A DNA stretch of 63,654 bases, filler included, from Octopus bimaculoides (GCF_001194135.2; 5 parts of 5 records of this genome joined end to end with filler, not necessarily neighbours in it), one strand, 5' to 3'; shown: positions 38,790 to 50,760, counted from the whole stretch's first letter. Numbers and translations: made by a program. Notes: generated by a model not told the origin, from the letters alone.

Positions 38790-38889
38790 NNNNNNNNNNN
38801 NNNNNNNNNNNNNNNNNNNNNNNNNNNNNNNNNTTAATTAATTAANNNNNNNNNNNNNNNNNNNNNNNNNNNNNNNNNNNNNNNNNNNN
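38790..38889. other. Artificial scaffold join (44 N + TTAATTAATTAA + 44 N)
   Basis: Linker at 38834-38845. Confidence 0.95.
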
Positions 38890-39092
38890 ATATATATATA
38901 TATATACAAAAAATATATTCTCCAGATGAACCGCTATAGCAGCATGTGCGTGAAAATGTAACCACATTTCTATACGAAAACTGAAAACCTGTGATTAAGA
39001 TTTTAAATTTTACATTTTTATTACATAGATATCCAAATTTATACAAAACTTCTCTATATATGCATATTGCTATTTCTTCTCGGTCTATCGTT

Positions 39093-39420
39093 CATACATC
39101 AAAAATAATTATAATTATAACTACAAAAGAAACATCCATACATGTCAATGGGCGATGTTCAGTTAAAAGATTAGACGGCGTAAAAACGTTAACCATAACA
39201 TAACAAAACCAATCAAAAGAGATAGATTGGCAGGCAGATAATCATAAATACTATGAAGTAGGTTATTGATGATACATCAAAAAATAATTATAATTGTGGT
39301 TATAACTACGAAAGAAGCATCAACACATGTCCATTGGCGGAGTTCAGTTAAAAAAGTAAACGCTGAAAACGGGACCCATAGCAAAACCAACGAAAAGAGA
39401 AAGATCGCCGGGCTGTTAAA
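39093..39420. repeat. Old tandem duplication, period about 178 bp, two diverged copies
   Basis: atacatcaaaaataattataatt...ataactac.aaagaa.catc.a.acatgtc.at.ggcg..gttcagttaaaa...caaaaccaa..aaaagaga.agat occurs twice. Confidence 0.8.
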
Positions 39421-39679
39421 CAAACGGTATGACTTATTGATTTATGATTTACACACACTACTACGCAACACATACCCAAATAAACATACAAGAATACACT
39501 CATACTGTAAATATCCAGCAAAATGAACAAAAGCCACATCATTTGACATAGAAGTCTGATGCCCGATAGAAGAACACAACCTGCGCTGCTCAAACAATGC
39601 ACAACACAAAAACTAATACAACAGAAGACTCAATCCAAAACTCCATAACTGAACATACTGATACAATATAATGCTCCTC

Positions 39680-40150
39680 ACCCGAAACATGCAGTACACA
39701 CCATCCAGGAGGGCGGGGCAATCATCACCACTGATTCAGCTGACAGGATCAGTCCAGCACGTAACACCAGCTGTTCGACATAACCCCACCAGTCAGCAAT
39801 TCCCGGACAATAACCGAATGCGTGTTGAACGCTTTCGTCACAATGCGCGCACGTCGGACATGTCCGTCTGATATGATATCTGCACCTGTAGAGTTTATCT
39901 CGAACCGGTAGCGTCCTGTGGTAGCACTGCCAGGCCAAAGATATCTGGACATTATCCATGATAGCTACTGATCGGAAAGTCCTCCGGAACAGACTAGTTA
40001 TTTCGTTTTCGTCGGCACGCAGAATCTCCTTGAGAACGTTGTCGCACTTCCATGGAACTAATTCTCTATAAATGTCCGAATCGGAATATCCACCGATCCT
40101 ATTGCCCGACCGGTAGAGGACTGTGAGCGCCTGACGATATTCTAGGTTCC
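39680..40150 (-). mobile_element. Tx1/L1-clade LINE ORF2 C-terminal fragment (CCHC zinc knuckle)
   Basis: SLAWQCYHRTLPVRDKL...CPTCAHCDESVQHAFGYC, the C..C...E...H....C motif after RT. Confidence 0.85.
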
Positions 40151-41426
40151 TTGCGTCCAAGAATATTGTAGAAATATATTATATTGGGAAATGATGTAAG
40201 GGATTATTAAGAACATTATACAGAAGTGCAAGATGGAAATACAAACATTCTCCAATATTTGTAATGGATCGACCGAAGATAAATAAACGATGTGGAAATA
40301 TATTTTACTCATGGAAAATATACATTTTGCAGAGAAGAATCACATTTAAGAATGCAGATAAGACTTAACTTAAAGTGATAAAGGAAAACGTAAAGGGAAT
40401 AATCCAACAAGTAAAGATATGTTGATCACAGTTAACTGAGATCAACATTTTGATAAATACATCTAATGCATATGAGGCGCATAGATTAGGTTTGAAATAC
40501 ATTGCGTGTTGACTTAAGAAGAAGAAAGTAAAATGGTGTGAAAGAGGAACACAAAAGAATATATAAAAAAGGCTATGAAATTATTCAGATCTGGTGTAAA
40601 TTTATTAGAAAATAAAGACGTGGTCAGCTAAAACCCTTAGGGAAGTGTGTGGATTCAAAAAGAAAATATAACATTCAGAAGAAATATGCAACATCTGCAG
40701 TAGTAAAGTTGAAACAGGTAATTTTGTGCAAAATATCTTAAATCAATTTATATGAAGAAACAATAAACCAGGATAAGGAAAACAGTATATTCAATATGGA
40801 TCAGAGGAAGATGGATAATGGGTCGAACGAAAACATAAATCAAGATCAGGTTATACAAGATGTATAACCTGAGAGAAATTTCGGCCTAAGGAAAGAATTA
40901 TTACATTGAAGTTAAGTGGTTAAAATCCTTGACAGCTGAAGTATAAATCAATAAGCAAGAAAATATACGTTTATAAGTGTGATGCTAAATAAGCAACATT
41001 GCAAAATTCTCATTCTGAAAGTGCCAGCTCAGCTTTTCTATCATAGGATTGTCATAGAACTCTCTGCTGTGACAGAAGATCAAACAAAAGCACAATCGAA
41101 ATCAAATAGAAACTTAGAGCTGTGTATGAGATGATAAATTAATTCATTACATGGTAAAAATAAACCCTACAAGGGGAACCGATCCTGATGTGGACACAAA
41201 TTAGAAACAATAGGCTTCATTATAACAGCCCAGGATCAGTGGTTCCCTAGAAGAAGCTCCCAAGTCAACATTCTTAGAGATGATAGTCTTCTTCTCTCCC
41301 GCTTTTTTTTTACGAAATATATCCTTAAATATGCAGTATAAAAACAACACATATAACCTCAAAAACCCAGACAGAATGTTGAACAATTATCGAGAAATAC
41401 AGTTCTATATTTAAGAGACGAAGAAT

Positions 41427-41555
41427 TATGTACATTATTGTTTGTTGTTAACACAACGTTTCCCTTCAGCATTCATCAGATGTCTTGGGGAAATTTCGAA
41501 GCTGGGTTCTCATTCCTAACTTATTTTCGGTGTCATCATCATCATCATCATCATC
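41427..41555 (-). mobile_element. Body of HHR-bearing SINE (family F), minus copy
   Basis: ttaggaatgagaacccagcttcgaaatttccccaagacatctgatgaa...gaaacgttgtgttaacaac matches 43045-43135; stem II of its HHR (41451-41483) is partly deleted. Confidence 0.85.
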
Positions 41556-42739
41556 GCACCTCGAGTGCTGCCAAGCTCTCACCGCCCTCAGTCAGGCGGG
41601 CAGTGCGATCGGTAGTAGCTCCACTCTAGCGTTCTATAGAGGGTTAGTGGAAGAAAAGTGCGACGACGTTCTCGGAGAAACTCTAGGCGTCGAAGATAAT
41701 CAGCTAAGCAGTCTGTTCAGGAGAAGCTTCGGGCCGGGGCCCATGGATAATTTCCAAAGGTCCCTCGCCTGGCAGTGCTACCGAGGTGCGCTATCTGTTG
41801 GAGATAAACTCTACCGACATGGAAGTGNNNNNNNNNNNNNNNNNNNNNNNNNNNNNNNNNNNNNNNNNNNNNNNNNNNNNNNNNNNNNNNNNNNNNNNNN
41901 NNNNNNNNNNNNNNNNNNNNNNNNNNNNNNNNNNNNNNNNNNNNNNNNNNNNNNNNNNNNNNNNNNNNNNNNNNNNNNNNNNNNNNNNNNNNNNNNNNNN
42001 NNNNNNNNNNNNNNNNNNNNNNNNNNNNNNNNNNNNNNNNNNNNNNNNNNNNNNNNNNNNNNNNNNNNNNNNNNNNNNNNNNNNNNNNNNNNNNNNNNNN
42101 NNNNNNNNNNNNNNNNNNNNNNNNNNNNNNNNNNNNNNNNNNNNNNNNNNNNNNNNNNNNNNNNNNNNNNNNNNNNNNNNNNNNNNNNNNNNNNNNNNNN
42201 NNNNNNNNNNNNNNNNNNNNNNNNNNNNNNNNNNNNNNNNNNNNNNNNNNNNNNNNNNNNNNNNNNNNNNNNNNNNNNNNNNNNNNNNNNNNNNNNNNNN
42301 NNNNNNNNNNNNNNNNNNNNNNNNNNNNNNNNNNNNNNNNNNNNNNNNNNNNNNNNNNNNNNNNNNNNNNNNNNNNNNNNNNNNNNNNNNNNNNNNNNNN
42401 NNNNNNNNNNNNNNNNNNNNNNNNNNNNNNNNNNNNNNNNNNNNNNNNNNNNNNNNNNNNNNNNNNNNNNNNNNNNNNNNNNNNACCAGGCTCCCGTGGT
42501 TTTATGGGTTTTTCCACGTGTAACCTTTCCTTTTTCGAAGCGCCTCCCCATTTGGGAGTTCTACTTATTTATTTATCTATTTATTTATATATTTATTCAT
42601 TATATCTTTCTCCGTTTTCTTCCTCTGTTTAGACGAACTTTCCTACCTTTTCGGACAAAACCTTTTGTAAGCTTCGTCCTGTCTTTGTCCTAATATGTTT
42701 TTAATTGATATTAGCCCTTGTGGCCAATAAAACGAATTA

Positions 42740-42740
<1 letters not shown>
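41556..42740 (+). mobile_element. 5'-truncated Tx1/L1-clade LINE (middle in gap) with 3' UTR and AATAAA
   Basis: LECCQALT...MDNFQRSLAWQCYRGALSVGDKLYRHG is homologous to 39680-40150; T-rich 3' UTR, ttagcccttgtggccaataaaa, then (ATT)n. Confidence 0.85.
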
Positions 42741-42780
<40 letters not shown>

Positions 42781-42855
42781 GGTCACTGCCCGGAATGGAA
42801 GGATAGGAAATTGTTAGATTTATAGACCCTAAAATTCAATCCATAATTGCCCAAG

Positions 42856-42924
42856 GGCATATGACATAGTGATTAAGAGCGCTGGCTACTGACCTCGAGA
42901 TTCCGATTCGATTCCAGACAGGGA

Positions 42925-43011
<87 letters not shown>

Positions 43012-43176
43012 TAATAAGAACAACAACAACAACGTCGAAAAAGTCGTTAGGAATGAGAAACCAGGTTCGAAATTTCCCCAAGACACCTGATGAAGGCTGG
43101 AGGGTGTATCAGCCGCAACGTTGTATTAACAAATAAGACGAGAACAACTATCCGTCAATTGTAAATGATGTAAATA
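42856..43176 (+). mobile_element. Family F: tRNA-headed SINE + (AAT)n + hammerhead-containing tail
   Basis: A-box-like tgacatagtga 42862-42872, B-box-like gattcgattcc 42905-42915, (AAT)n 42929-43010, HHR fold 43083-43126, tgtaaatgatgtaaata end. Confidence 0.8.
43083..43126 (+). ncRNA. Minimal type I hammerhead, probably inactivated copy
   Basis: ACAC / CTGATGA / A / GGCTG-10 nt-CAGCC / GCAA (GAAA in the 41451-41483 copy) / C-GTT / GTAT (GTGT in the other copy). Confidence 0.6.
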
Positions 43177-44230
43177 TTAGGTTGGCAAAAAAGTTTCCAC
43201 TGTTTTTTCTTAAATTTAAATTTTTTTAAAGGTTTAATAATAAATAACTAATTATTCAATAATGTTTTCCCCCTTGTTGTTTGCAACTTGTTCCCAACGT
43301 TCAACAAGATTTTCAATACTTCGTTGGTAGAAATCCTCCGATCTCAACTCGAAACATTGATCCAACCAAGCTCTTAATTCTGCATCAGTATTGAACGAAA
43401 CTCCGCGCATAGTATTTGAAAGAGATCGAAAGAGGTGGAAATCCGTTGGTGCCAAATCAGGAGAGTATGGCGCGCGTGGCAGCACTTCCCAGCCATGCGT
43501 TTGAATGGCTTCCTTGTTCATATTGGCGATATGAGGGCTGGCGTTGTCATGCAGCAGATGAACTCCATGCTGACGATTAAGTCTTTTTTCTTGAATTGCC
43601 GTGTTGTGTCGTTCCATCTGTTGAACATAGAGTTCTGCGTTGATCGTTTGGTTCCGTTCAAGCAATTCGTAATAGATAATCCCTTCCCAGTCTCACCATA
43701 CATACAACATCATTTTACGTGGATAAAGATTTTGGTTCACGCGTGGTGTCGCTTGCTTACCGAGGCTAAGCCATTCGTTACGCTTATTCATATTGATGTA
43801 CAGGTATCATTTTCGTCGTCAGTAACAGTTCCTTTAAGAAATCTTTACTTGTGTCTATCAGTTGAACGGTGACGATCAAGCAAACCAGCAGAGACTGTGG
43901 GTCGTTGATTTTTGTTGTTGTCACTTAAAGCATGCGGAACCCAAGTTCCATACTGCCGAATCTTTCCTATCGAGTGAAGATGCTTGTCTATAGCAATGTG
44001 GGAGCATTCCATTTTCTCTGCCAGTTCCCTTGTCGTTTGACGAGAATTTTCGTGTAAACGTTGGTTTAATCGTTCTTCATCGAACTCAACTGGACAGTCA
44101 GAACGAGGTGCGAATTTGGAGTCAAAATTTCAATTTTTGAACTTGACATACCGATCTCAAGCGGTTCTTTCAGCTTGAAAACTAAGAATGCTTGAAAAAT
44201 AAGAATGAGTCTAGAGAGTGGACAAAGGGA
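43177..44230 (-). mobile_element. Mariner DD34D transposon, decayed, left TIR present, right end in gap
   Basis: TA + ttaggttggcaaaaaag TIR; TWVPHALS, TVTDDEK, HDNASPH-34-D in PYSPDLAPTD; only the C-terminal 137 codons remain open. Confidence 0.92.
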
Positions 44231-44669
44231 NNNNNNNNNNNNNNNNNNNNNNNNNNNNNNNNNNNNNNNNNNNNNNNNNNNNNNNNNNNNNNNNNNNNNN
44301 NNNNNNNNNNNNNNNNNNNNNNNNNNNNNNNNNNNNNNNNNNNNNNNNNNNNNNNNNNNNNNNNNNNNNNNNNNNNNNNNNNNNNNNNNNNNNNNNNNNN
44401 NNNNNNNNNNNNNNNNNNNNNNNNNNNNNNNNNNNNNNNNNNNNNNNNNNNNNNNNNNNNNNNNNNNNNNNNNNNNNNNNNNNNNNNNNNNNNNNNNNNN
44501 NNNNNNNNNNNNNNNNNNNNNNNNNNNNNNNNNNNNNNNNNNNNNNNNNNNNNNNNNNNNNNNNNNNNNNNNNNNNNNNNNNNNNNNNNNNNNNNNNNNN
44601 NNNNNNNNNNNNNNNNNNNNNNNNNNNNNNNNNNNNNNNNNNNNNNNNNNNNNTATATATATATATATA

Positions 44670-45150
44670 TGGGTACATGGCGTCACAAAACGTAAATAAC
44701 ATGAAAAAAGAAGTACATGAAATCTGAAATACGAAAAACAACTTGAAATACACAGACAGATTTTTGGCGAACAACGAGAAAAACAAATGGAAAACAAGAC
44801 AGGTAAGATAAAGAACGACCCTTCACAATTGACGGCTCTCCATCTCCTCCACATTTCGAGCAATTCGCGATAATATGTGCCTTCGAGAACAGTTGATCCC
44901 GCAAACCAAAATAAAATTTGTGATTTTGCTGATAACAAAAACAGGACAGTGAAACAAATAGTGAGGGCTGCTAAAGAAGACAGGGTAAGGTGACAAACGC
45001 TGAGGAACATTCTTTGACAGGAGCAAAGATAAGTGAGGAGATCGACAAGAATACGTCTTGTCTGTGCAACAGACCGCCGGCAGAAAAGAAAGATAAACAC
45101 GTATGGAAAAGAAGGATGGAAGATGGTCACGTGTGAACAACGAGAGAGTA
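44670..45150 (-). mobile_element. Repeat family D, near complete
   Basis: From (TA)n gggtacatggcgtcacaaaa to ggtcacgtgtgaacaacgagagag; colinear with 59340-59770. Confidence 0.7.
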
Positions 45151-45289
45151 AAGTAGGAAGTAGGAGAGAGCTAGAGCTCCGCTTCTCTCCCCTTCATTTT
45201 TTCCTTGTCATCCTTTCTTTAATTCTTTCTTCTCCCCTTCACCGTTTTCTATCTCTCTCTCTCTTTTTTTCTGTCTCTCTTTTTTTCTG

Positions 45290-45369
<80 letters not shown>

Positions 45370-45374
45370 TTAGT

Positions 45375-45520
45375 AGCATCTACGTTCTGAGTTCAAATTC
45401 GACCAACTTTGCCTTTCATCGGTGAGGGTGGATAAAATATATACTAGTTGACCACTGGGGTCGATTTAATCGACTTGGTTCCTCACCGAAAACTACTAAC
45501 TTGCGCCAAAATTTGAAAGC
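45375..45520 (+). mobile_element. SINE family B, 5'-truncated
   Basis: tacgttctgagttcaaattc...tttgcctttcatc...ctggggtcgatttaatcgac. Confidence 0.75.
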
Positions 45521-46129
45521 AATATAACTTTCAGCAATTTGTTTTTAAAATTTCATATACACCACTGATCTTGGTTGCTTTTTTATTAATTCTTTAGCTA
45601 TTGTTTTAAGTCAATCAACCATTTGAGATATTTCAGCCACAGAATCTACACCTACACAATTTGAACGTGAATTTTCCTAAACTTACAATAAATTGTATGA
45701 CAAAAATAGAGAAAATATTAGATTAGTACTTCGAACACGAGGTCGCAATTTCGATTAACTGGGGGTTACATAAATTTTTGTTTATGTTTCGCCGGCGGCT
45801 TTTGCGTCTCCCGGGAGTAAAGTCAAACAAAAATACGCTTGCTAACTCATACTCGTATGGCTTCCATTTTTGAGAAGGAAATATCGGTACAAAAATTACA
45901 TAGGAGAGAATTTTAAACTCGACCTTTTCCATATAAACATGTCCAGATCATCAAATTAATAACAAAATAAAAACATATTAAATCAAAAACGAAAGACAAA
46001 TATATAGCTGGATATATTCTGTATACGACATAGAAAACCAATAAAAGTCCATGAAAAAAAAGAAGAATCAAAGACGAGCAGACACAGAGATAGAAATAAG
46101 TTGATATAAAAGTTGTACAAGTATTATGG

Positions 46130-46835
46130 TCCATAAGCTAAGATTTCGCTAATGATGCAAGTCCTGCAATTGGGGTGGCCACACTTTTTGACTGTTGGTG
46201 TAGGAATTGTGGAAGATAATTTAGCGCTGCTGAGGAATTTTTGAGGGGTATTGTCTTATCTTTTTGATTTTGTTTTCGTATTTCGAATGCTTGTTTCCTT
46301 CTTAGGTCTGGTATCAGTAGGGGAACGTTCTGGTGGATAATATTGTACACCTCAGTGTGTTGTAATAAATGGTAGAGTACCGGGTTAATCTGGAGCGGTT
46401 TCTGTTTTTCGTACTTCTTGGATATTTATTGTTTTGGCATGTTCGATTCTGTTGTCTATTAATTTTAATGGATACTGTCTTTTAAGTAGATTTGTTTTGG
46501 TTCCTGGAGTTTTTTTACTGCGTGTTTCAGGGTATGAGATGATTGTGCAGATTCCTCTTGCTAGATTAAATAGAATACCATTCTTCGTGTAATTGGGATG
46601 GTATGAGGAGAACAATAGGCATTGTTTAGAATCTGTTTGTTTGTAGTGGTTGTCTGTTTCAATGTTTTTATCACTATTTTTTTTATTAGTATATCCGGGA
46701 ATGATAGTTGAGTTTTACTGTACTCAATGGTGAAGTTGATATTATTTTTTATAGTGTTGATTGGGTTTTTGAAATCTATAAGTTATTCAAATGTGTGCGT
46801 CCATAGAATCAGGCACTCATCTAGGTAATGTTTCC
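46130..46835 (-). pseudogene. Penelope-like element RT thumb/linker remnant
   Basis: NINFTIEYSKTQLSFPDILI, YKQTDSKQCLLFSSYHP..TKNGI.FNLARGICTI (PLE S.HP motif), then CGHPNCRTC, the Cys motif preceding GIY-YIG. Confidence 0.8.
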
Positions 46836-47218
46836 AGTTTGGTACTGTCACTGGACATGTTCAGTCCACCGTGTCAGCCTTAACTTTCGGTGCCAACACA
46901 CTAGATTCCAGCACACAGACGTAGCGGGGAACCTACAAAATAGACCAGCCATGTAACTATCCTCTACCAATGAAGTTCTATTGAAAACATATATTAGTTT
47001 GAGCCATGAACGCTCTACAAAAATAGGGCAAACTTCAAACACTATTCAGAAGCAAGACAGCTGCGACATAAGCCAGATCTTTCCATTTCAACATTTTGAA
47101 AATAAGTGTAAACTGTGTAACCGGTTAAATCTTCAATTATAATATTTAAAAAATATTTTAACTATTCTCAGTGCATTTTCAACTTCTATTCTTCATACAT
47201 ATATATGTGTGTGTGTGT

Positions 47219-47268
<50 letters not shown>

Positions 47269-47619
47269 TAATTAGAAAGAAAGGAGAACTTAAAACAACC
47301 AACAATACTAGCGCGATTTGTAGGAGCGGGTGACGAAGCTGTTCTGGAATTGGATCCTAGCACAGATGCTTTCAAGAAATTGGACGCAGATAGATAGAGA
47401 GTGGTATTATGCCACGTGATGTGCTAAGTCATCTGAAACCTGGGTTTTGTTGGTTCTTATTTATAGTCAAAGAAAGTATGAAAGACAAAGTGGGTGTTAG
47501 GGGATGTTAGTGAAACTATAAATAAATAGAAAAAATAACACAAACACCTGTATTGTGCTATAATGACTGACACCTCGCTACGCTATACACACTCTCTGCG
47601 TATCTTTCTGTTTCTCTGT

Positions 47620-47665
<46 letters not shown>

Positions 47666-47768
47666 GTGGGTGTGTGTGCGTGTGTATGCGTGCGTGTATG
47701 CATATGTATATGAGCNNNNNNNNNNNNNNNNNNNNNNNNNNNNNNNNNNNNNNNNNNNNNNNNNNNNN

Positions 47769-47800
<32 letters not shown>

Positions 47801-48379
47801 TTTAAATTAATCAAAGGACATACTGAGTATGTCTACCTGCTTGAAATAACAGTCAAAACAGTTATTAAATCGCCAAAAATACACTGATGGTTACTACAGA
47901 AATCAAACGAAGGCAAATATGGTTAAGGAAATCTACTTACATACATTTAAATATATGGATTTACGTGGACTAGTTTCGGCATTGGCATAATATGCCTTAG
48001 CTTCTTTAGCACGCATTACCTGGAAAGCGATTCCCAACCTATCCTTCCGAAATATGTGCCGCTACTGATTCGTTATTTACTGCCATGTAAATAAGCCTGA
48101 ATATTTCACGGAATTGCAAATATGCGCATGCGTTACGTGATAGGTGATATAAAAGAACACTTTCACCCCCAGACACAACAGAATGGTAAAACATTTGGGT
48201 TATTTTTGAAAACTTCTTCCAATAAACCTAAAAGCATAGCCTGTTCTGTCGCTCCCGTCTTTTCCCCTCTCTCACTCCCCAACTCCCTCCCTTTCTTTAA
48301 TCTCACCATCATAACGTCACCCTGCTACTAAAATTATAATTTTAACTCTCCCCATCTATTTTTAGCTAACATTTTTAAC

Positions 48380-48680
48380 CACGTAATATTTATTACGTTC
48401 CCCCTACCTCACGTCATGGGCGCTTCTCTCTCCCTCCTTTAGTTTCTCCCCTTTTCAGTCTCACTCTTCGCCTTATCCTCTTGTCTCTCTTTATTTTTTC
48501 TTCTCTCTTTCCATTAAACTATTCACGTGAAAGCGTTAGAATTACATTCCTTCTACCTCACGTCGTGGACGCTTCTCTCTCCCTCTTTGTCTCACTCCCT
48601 TTTCTTCTCTCTCCCTCTTTTTCTCCCCTTCTCTTTTCTTTCTCCTTCTTTTTCTCTAATGACGTGAAAGCGTTATCGAT
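48380..48680. repeat. Degenerate tandem repeat, period about 140-150 bp, just over two units
   Basis: cacgt....attac.ttcc..ctacctcacgtc.tgg.cgcttctctctccctc twice; acgtgaaagcgtta at 48525 and 48662. Confidence 0.7.
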
Positions 48681-49031
48681 GGCCTCAGTAACTCAACGTC
48701 AAGCAATATTATTATAAGACTAGCTGGACCCGTGCCGTCAAAAATGATGGCTACTTACAGTATTTTATTTATAAACATTGATGATAAATTTAATTAATGC
48801 CCTCGTCAATGTTATCTAGTGGCTGTCTTTCGAGATGTGACATCGTTCATCATTTTTTTCCTGAAAGAACACTGGTTCATACATACAAACACTCACATAG
48901 TTCCCGTATATATGCACACACATACACACATATACTCACACAGAATTGAAACGCTCTTTGAATTTACTTTGCAGCGTTGACTATTTACCATCCTACTTCC
49001 ATTGCCCCCCCACACACACGCACACACACAT

Positions 49032-49080
<49 letters not shown>

Positions 49081-49832
49081 CTTTTCGCATACACACACTA
49101 CCAAGTTTTTCATCACTCCTTCCGTCCTCCTTCATCTATCACACTTTCCTTTCTCATTCATATGTTTTGACGGAAAAAAACACAACTGTATTATTACAGT
49201 AGATAGCTGTACTAGTAGACAGCTGAAGTCGAACTGTAAGAGCGTTAGTCTCTTCATTGATTCTGCGTTAGAGTATTGGATTCTTATTATGCGTACGGTT
49301 GTATTAAGATGAACAACTCTTATTACATCGCTTAATGCTATACGGCTCCATTTGGTCCAACTGTCTGTGGTGCCTCTGGTACGACTGGTTATATTTGGCA
49401 TACAACTGGTTATATTTTGTACAACTGCCTGTGGTGCCTCTGGTACAACTGGCTTTGGTGCATTCCTCCGTGAAGTTAGGCAGGAATGAACTCCTGCCTA
49501 ACGGTTTAAACATACCGTCACTCACAATATGCTGTATTAAAACTGAGCGAAAGAGTGTTGATTTAACGATATATTCCTTAAAAGATCACCAGAGGAGATA
49601 TGTCTGCACGTAAGGCTGCACCACAAGCAGTTCCACAGTATCCTAGCTGCAAGGGATCGAGTATAATGCGTTGAAATGCTCGTTGCGAGTAATAAAATGT
49701 CTTCTTTATTCCATTGTCCGTCTCCATTATTTGTATTATTCTGAACTTACACTACGGTATTCCCGATGTAGATTCAGCGATAATTGTGATATTAATACCG
49801 TGGAGACATAAGATAGCCATAGTTGGTGATGG

Positions 49833-49946
49833 GCTTCATCGATTTACTACTCGGAACATACCGAAAAATTAAATATATATATATATATAAGTAAATATTT
49901 AAATATTTAAGTTTTCGGTATGTTCCGAGTAGTTAGCCGATGAAGC
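49833..49946. other. 114-nt hairpin, 44-bp arms, 26-nt AT-rich loop
   Basis: 49833-49876 pairs with 49903-49946 with three mismatches and one G.U; the central 22 bp (49846-49867) are perfect. Confidence 0.85.
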
Positions 49947-50046
49947 ACATTCACTACCTATATATATNNNNNNNNNNNNNNNNNNNNNNNNNNNNNNNNN
50001 NNNNNNNNNNNNNNNNNNNNNNNNNNNNNNNNNNNNNNNNNNNNNN

Positions 50047-50098
<52 letters not shown>

Positions 50099-50399
50099 TG
50101 TGTGTATATATATGTATACATTTATAAATGTACAAGATTTTAACAAAATATAATAGGTGGTAAACACTTGAGGTGTGTATGAGATTAACACTTGTAAAAG
50201 GAAAAAAAATTCAAACATCAATGTTTAACTTAATCATTTTTAATATCCTTATAAAAACATTATGATTTTGAAGGAATTGTCATTTTAATATCTCCTGGAA
50301 ATTGTATCACTGTTCAGGCAATGATATCATAATTTACAACACAGAACAATTTTGTTTTTTTGCATACTTATGTTTCATTTATATATTTTTTCATTGTTA

Positions 50400-50760
50400 A
50401 CAGCTATGCTTTCTTTCTGTAATAATTGATAGACACTTCAATTCGTTGCGTCGAATTTGTAATTGATTCGCTTTTGCTCCTGGTTCCAAATGATACCTCA
50501 ATTAAAGTCTAAAATGATATTGTATATTTGTCTCAAATATTCTGTAGAATACGTTGTGAATTGTATGCATTTACTTTGTTTCTTAACGAGATAATATTAA
50601 GTAACATCACTGGAGAATTGCATTGTACAGTTGATATTAACGGATGCTATTCTGTATAAGGATACCATCAAATAAGCTGTTCCTCGTCTTAAATAGCTAA
50701 TTTCATTTGCTACAACTGTCTTTTTCATGATAGGTTTGCTTTATTGCTGTCGACATTTTA
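50400..50760 (-). pseudogene. Possible very decayed Penelope-like RT core
   Basis: LFDGILIQNSI (cf. F.F.G..Y.Q..GIPMG) and RQIYNII (cf. RYIDDI) in broken frames. Confidence 0.25.

Noticed and set aside
40160-41000. Purine-rich plus strand with a CGF...CNIC stretch suggesting a decayed ORF or zinc finger
   Set aside because: Stops in all frames and no assignable motif.
45780-45830. GGC-GAAAC-ATA-AAC on the minus strand downstream of the PLE RT relic as its hammerhead
   Set aside because: No CUGANGA-like core and stem III is not self-complementary.
49465-49515. CCGTGAA plus 11-bp hairpin as another CCGA-type hammerhead
   Set aside because: The stem is followed by GGTT, not GAAA.
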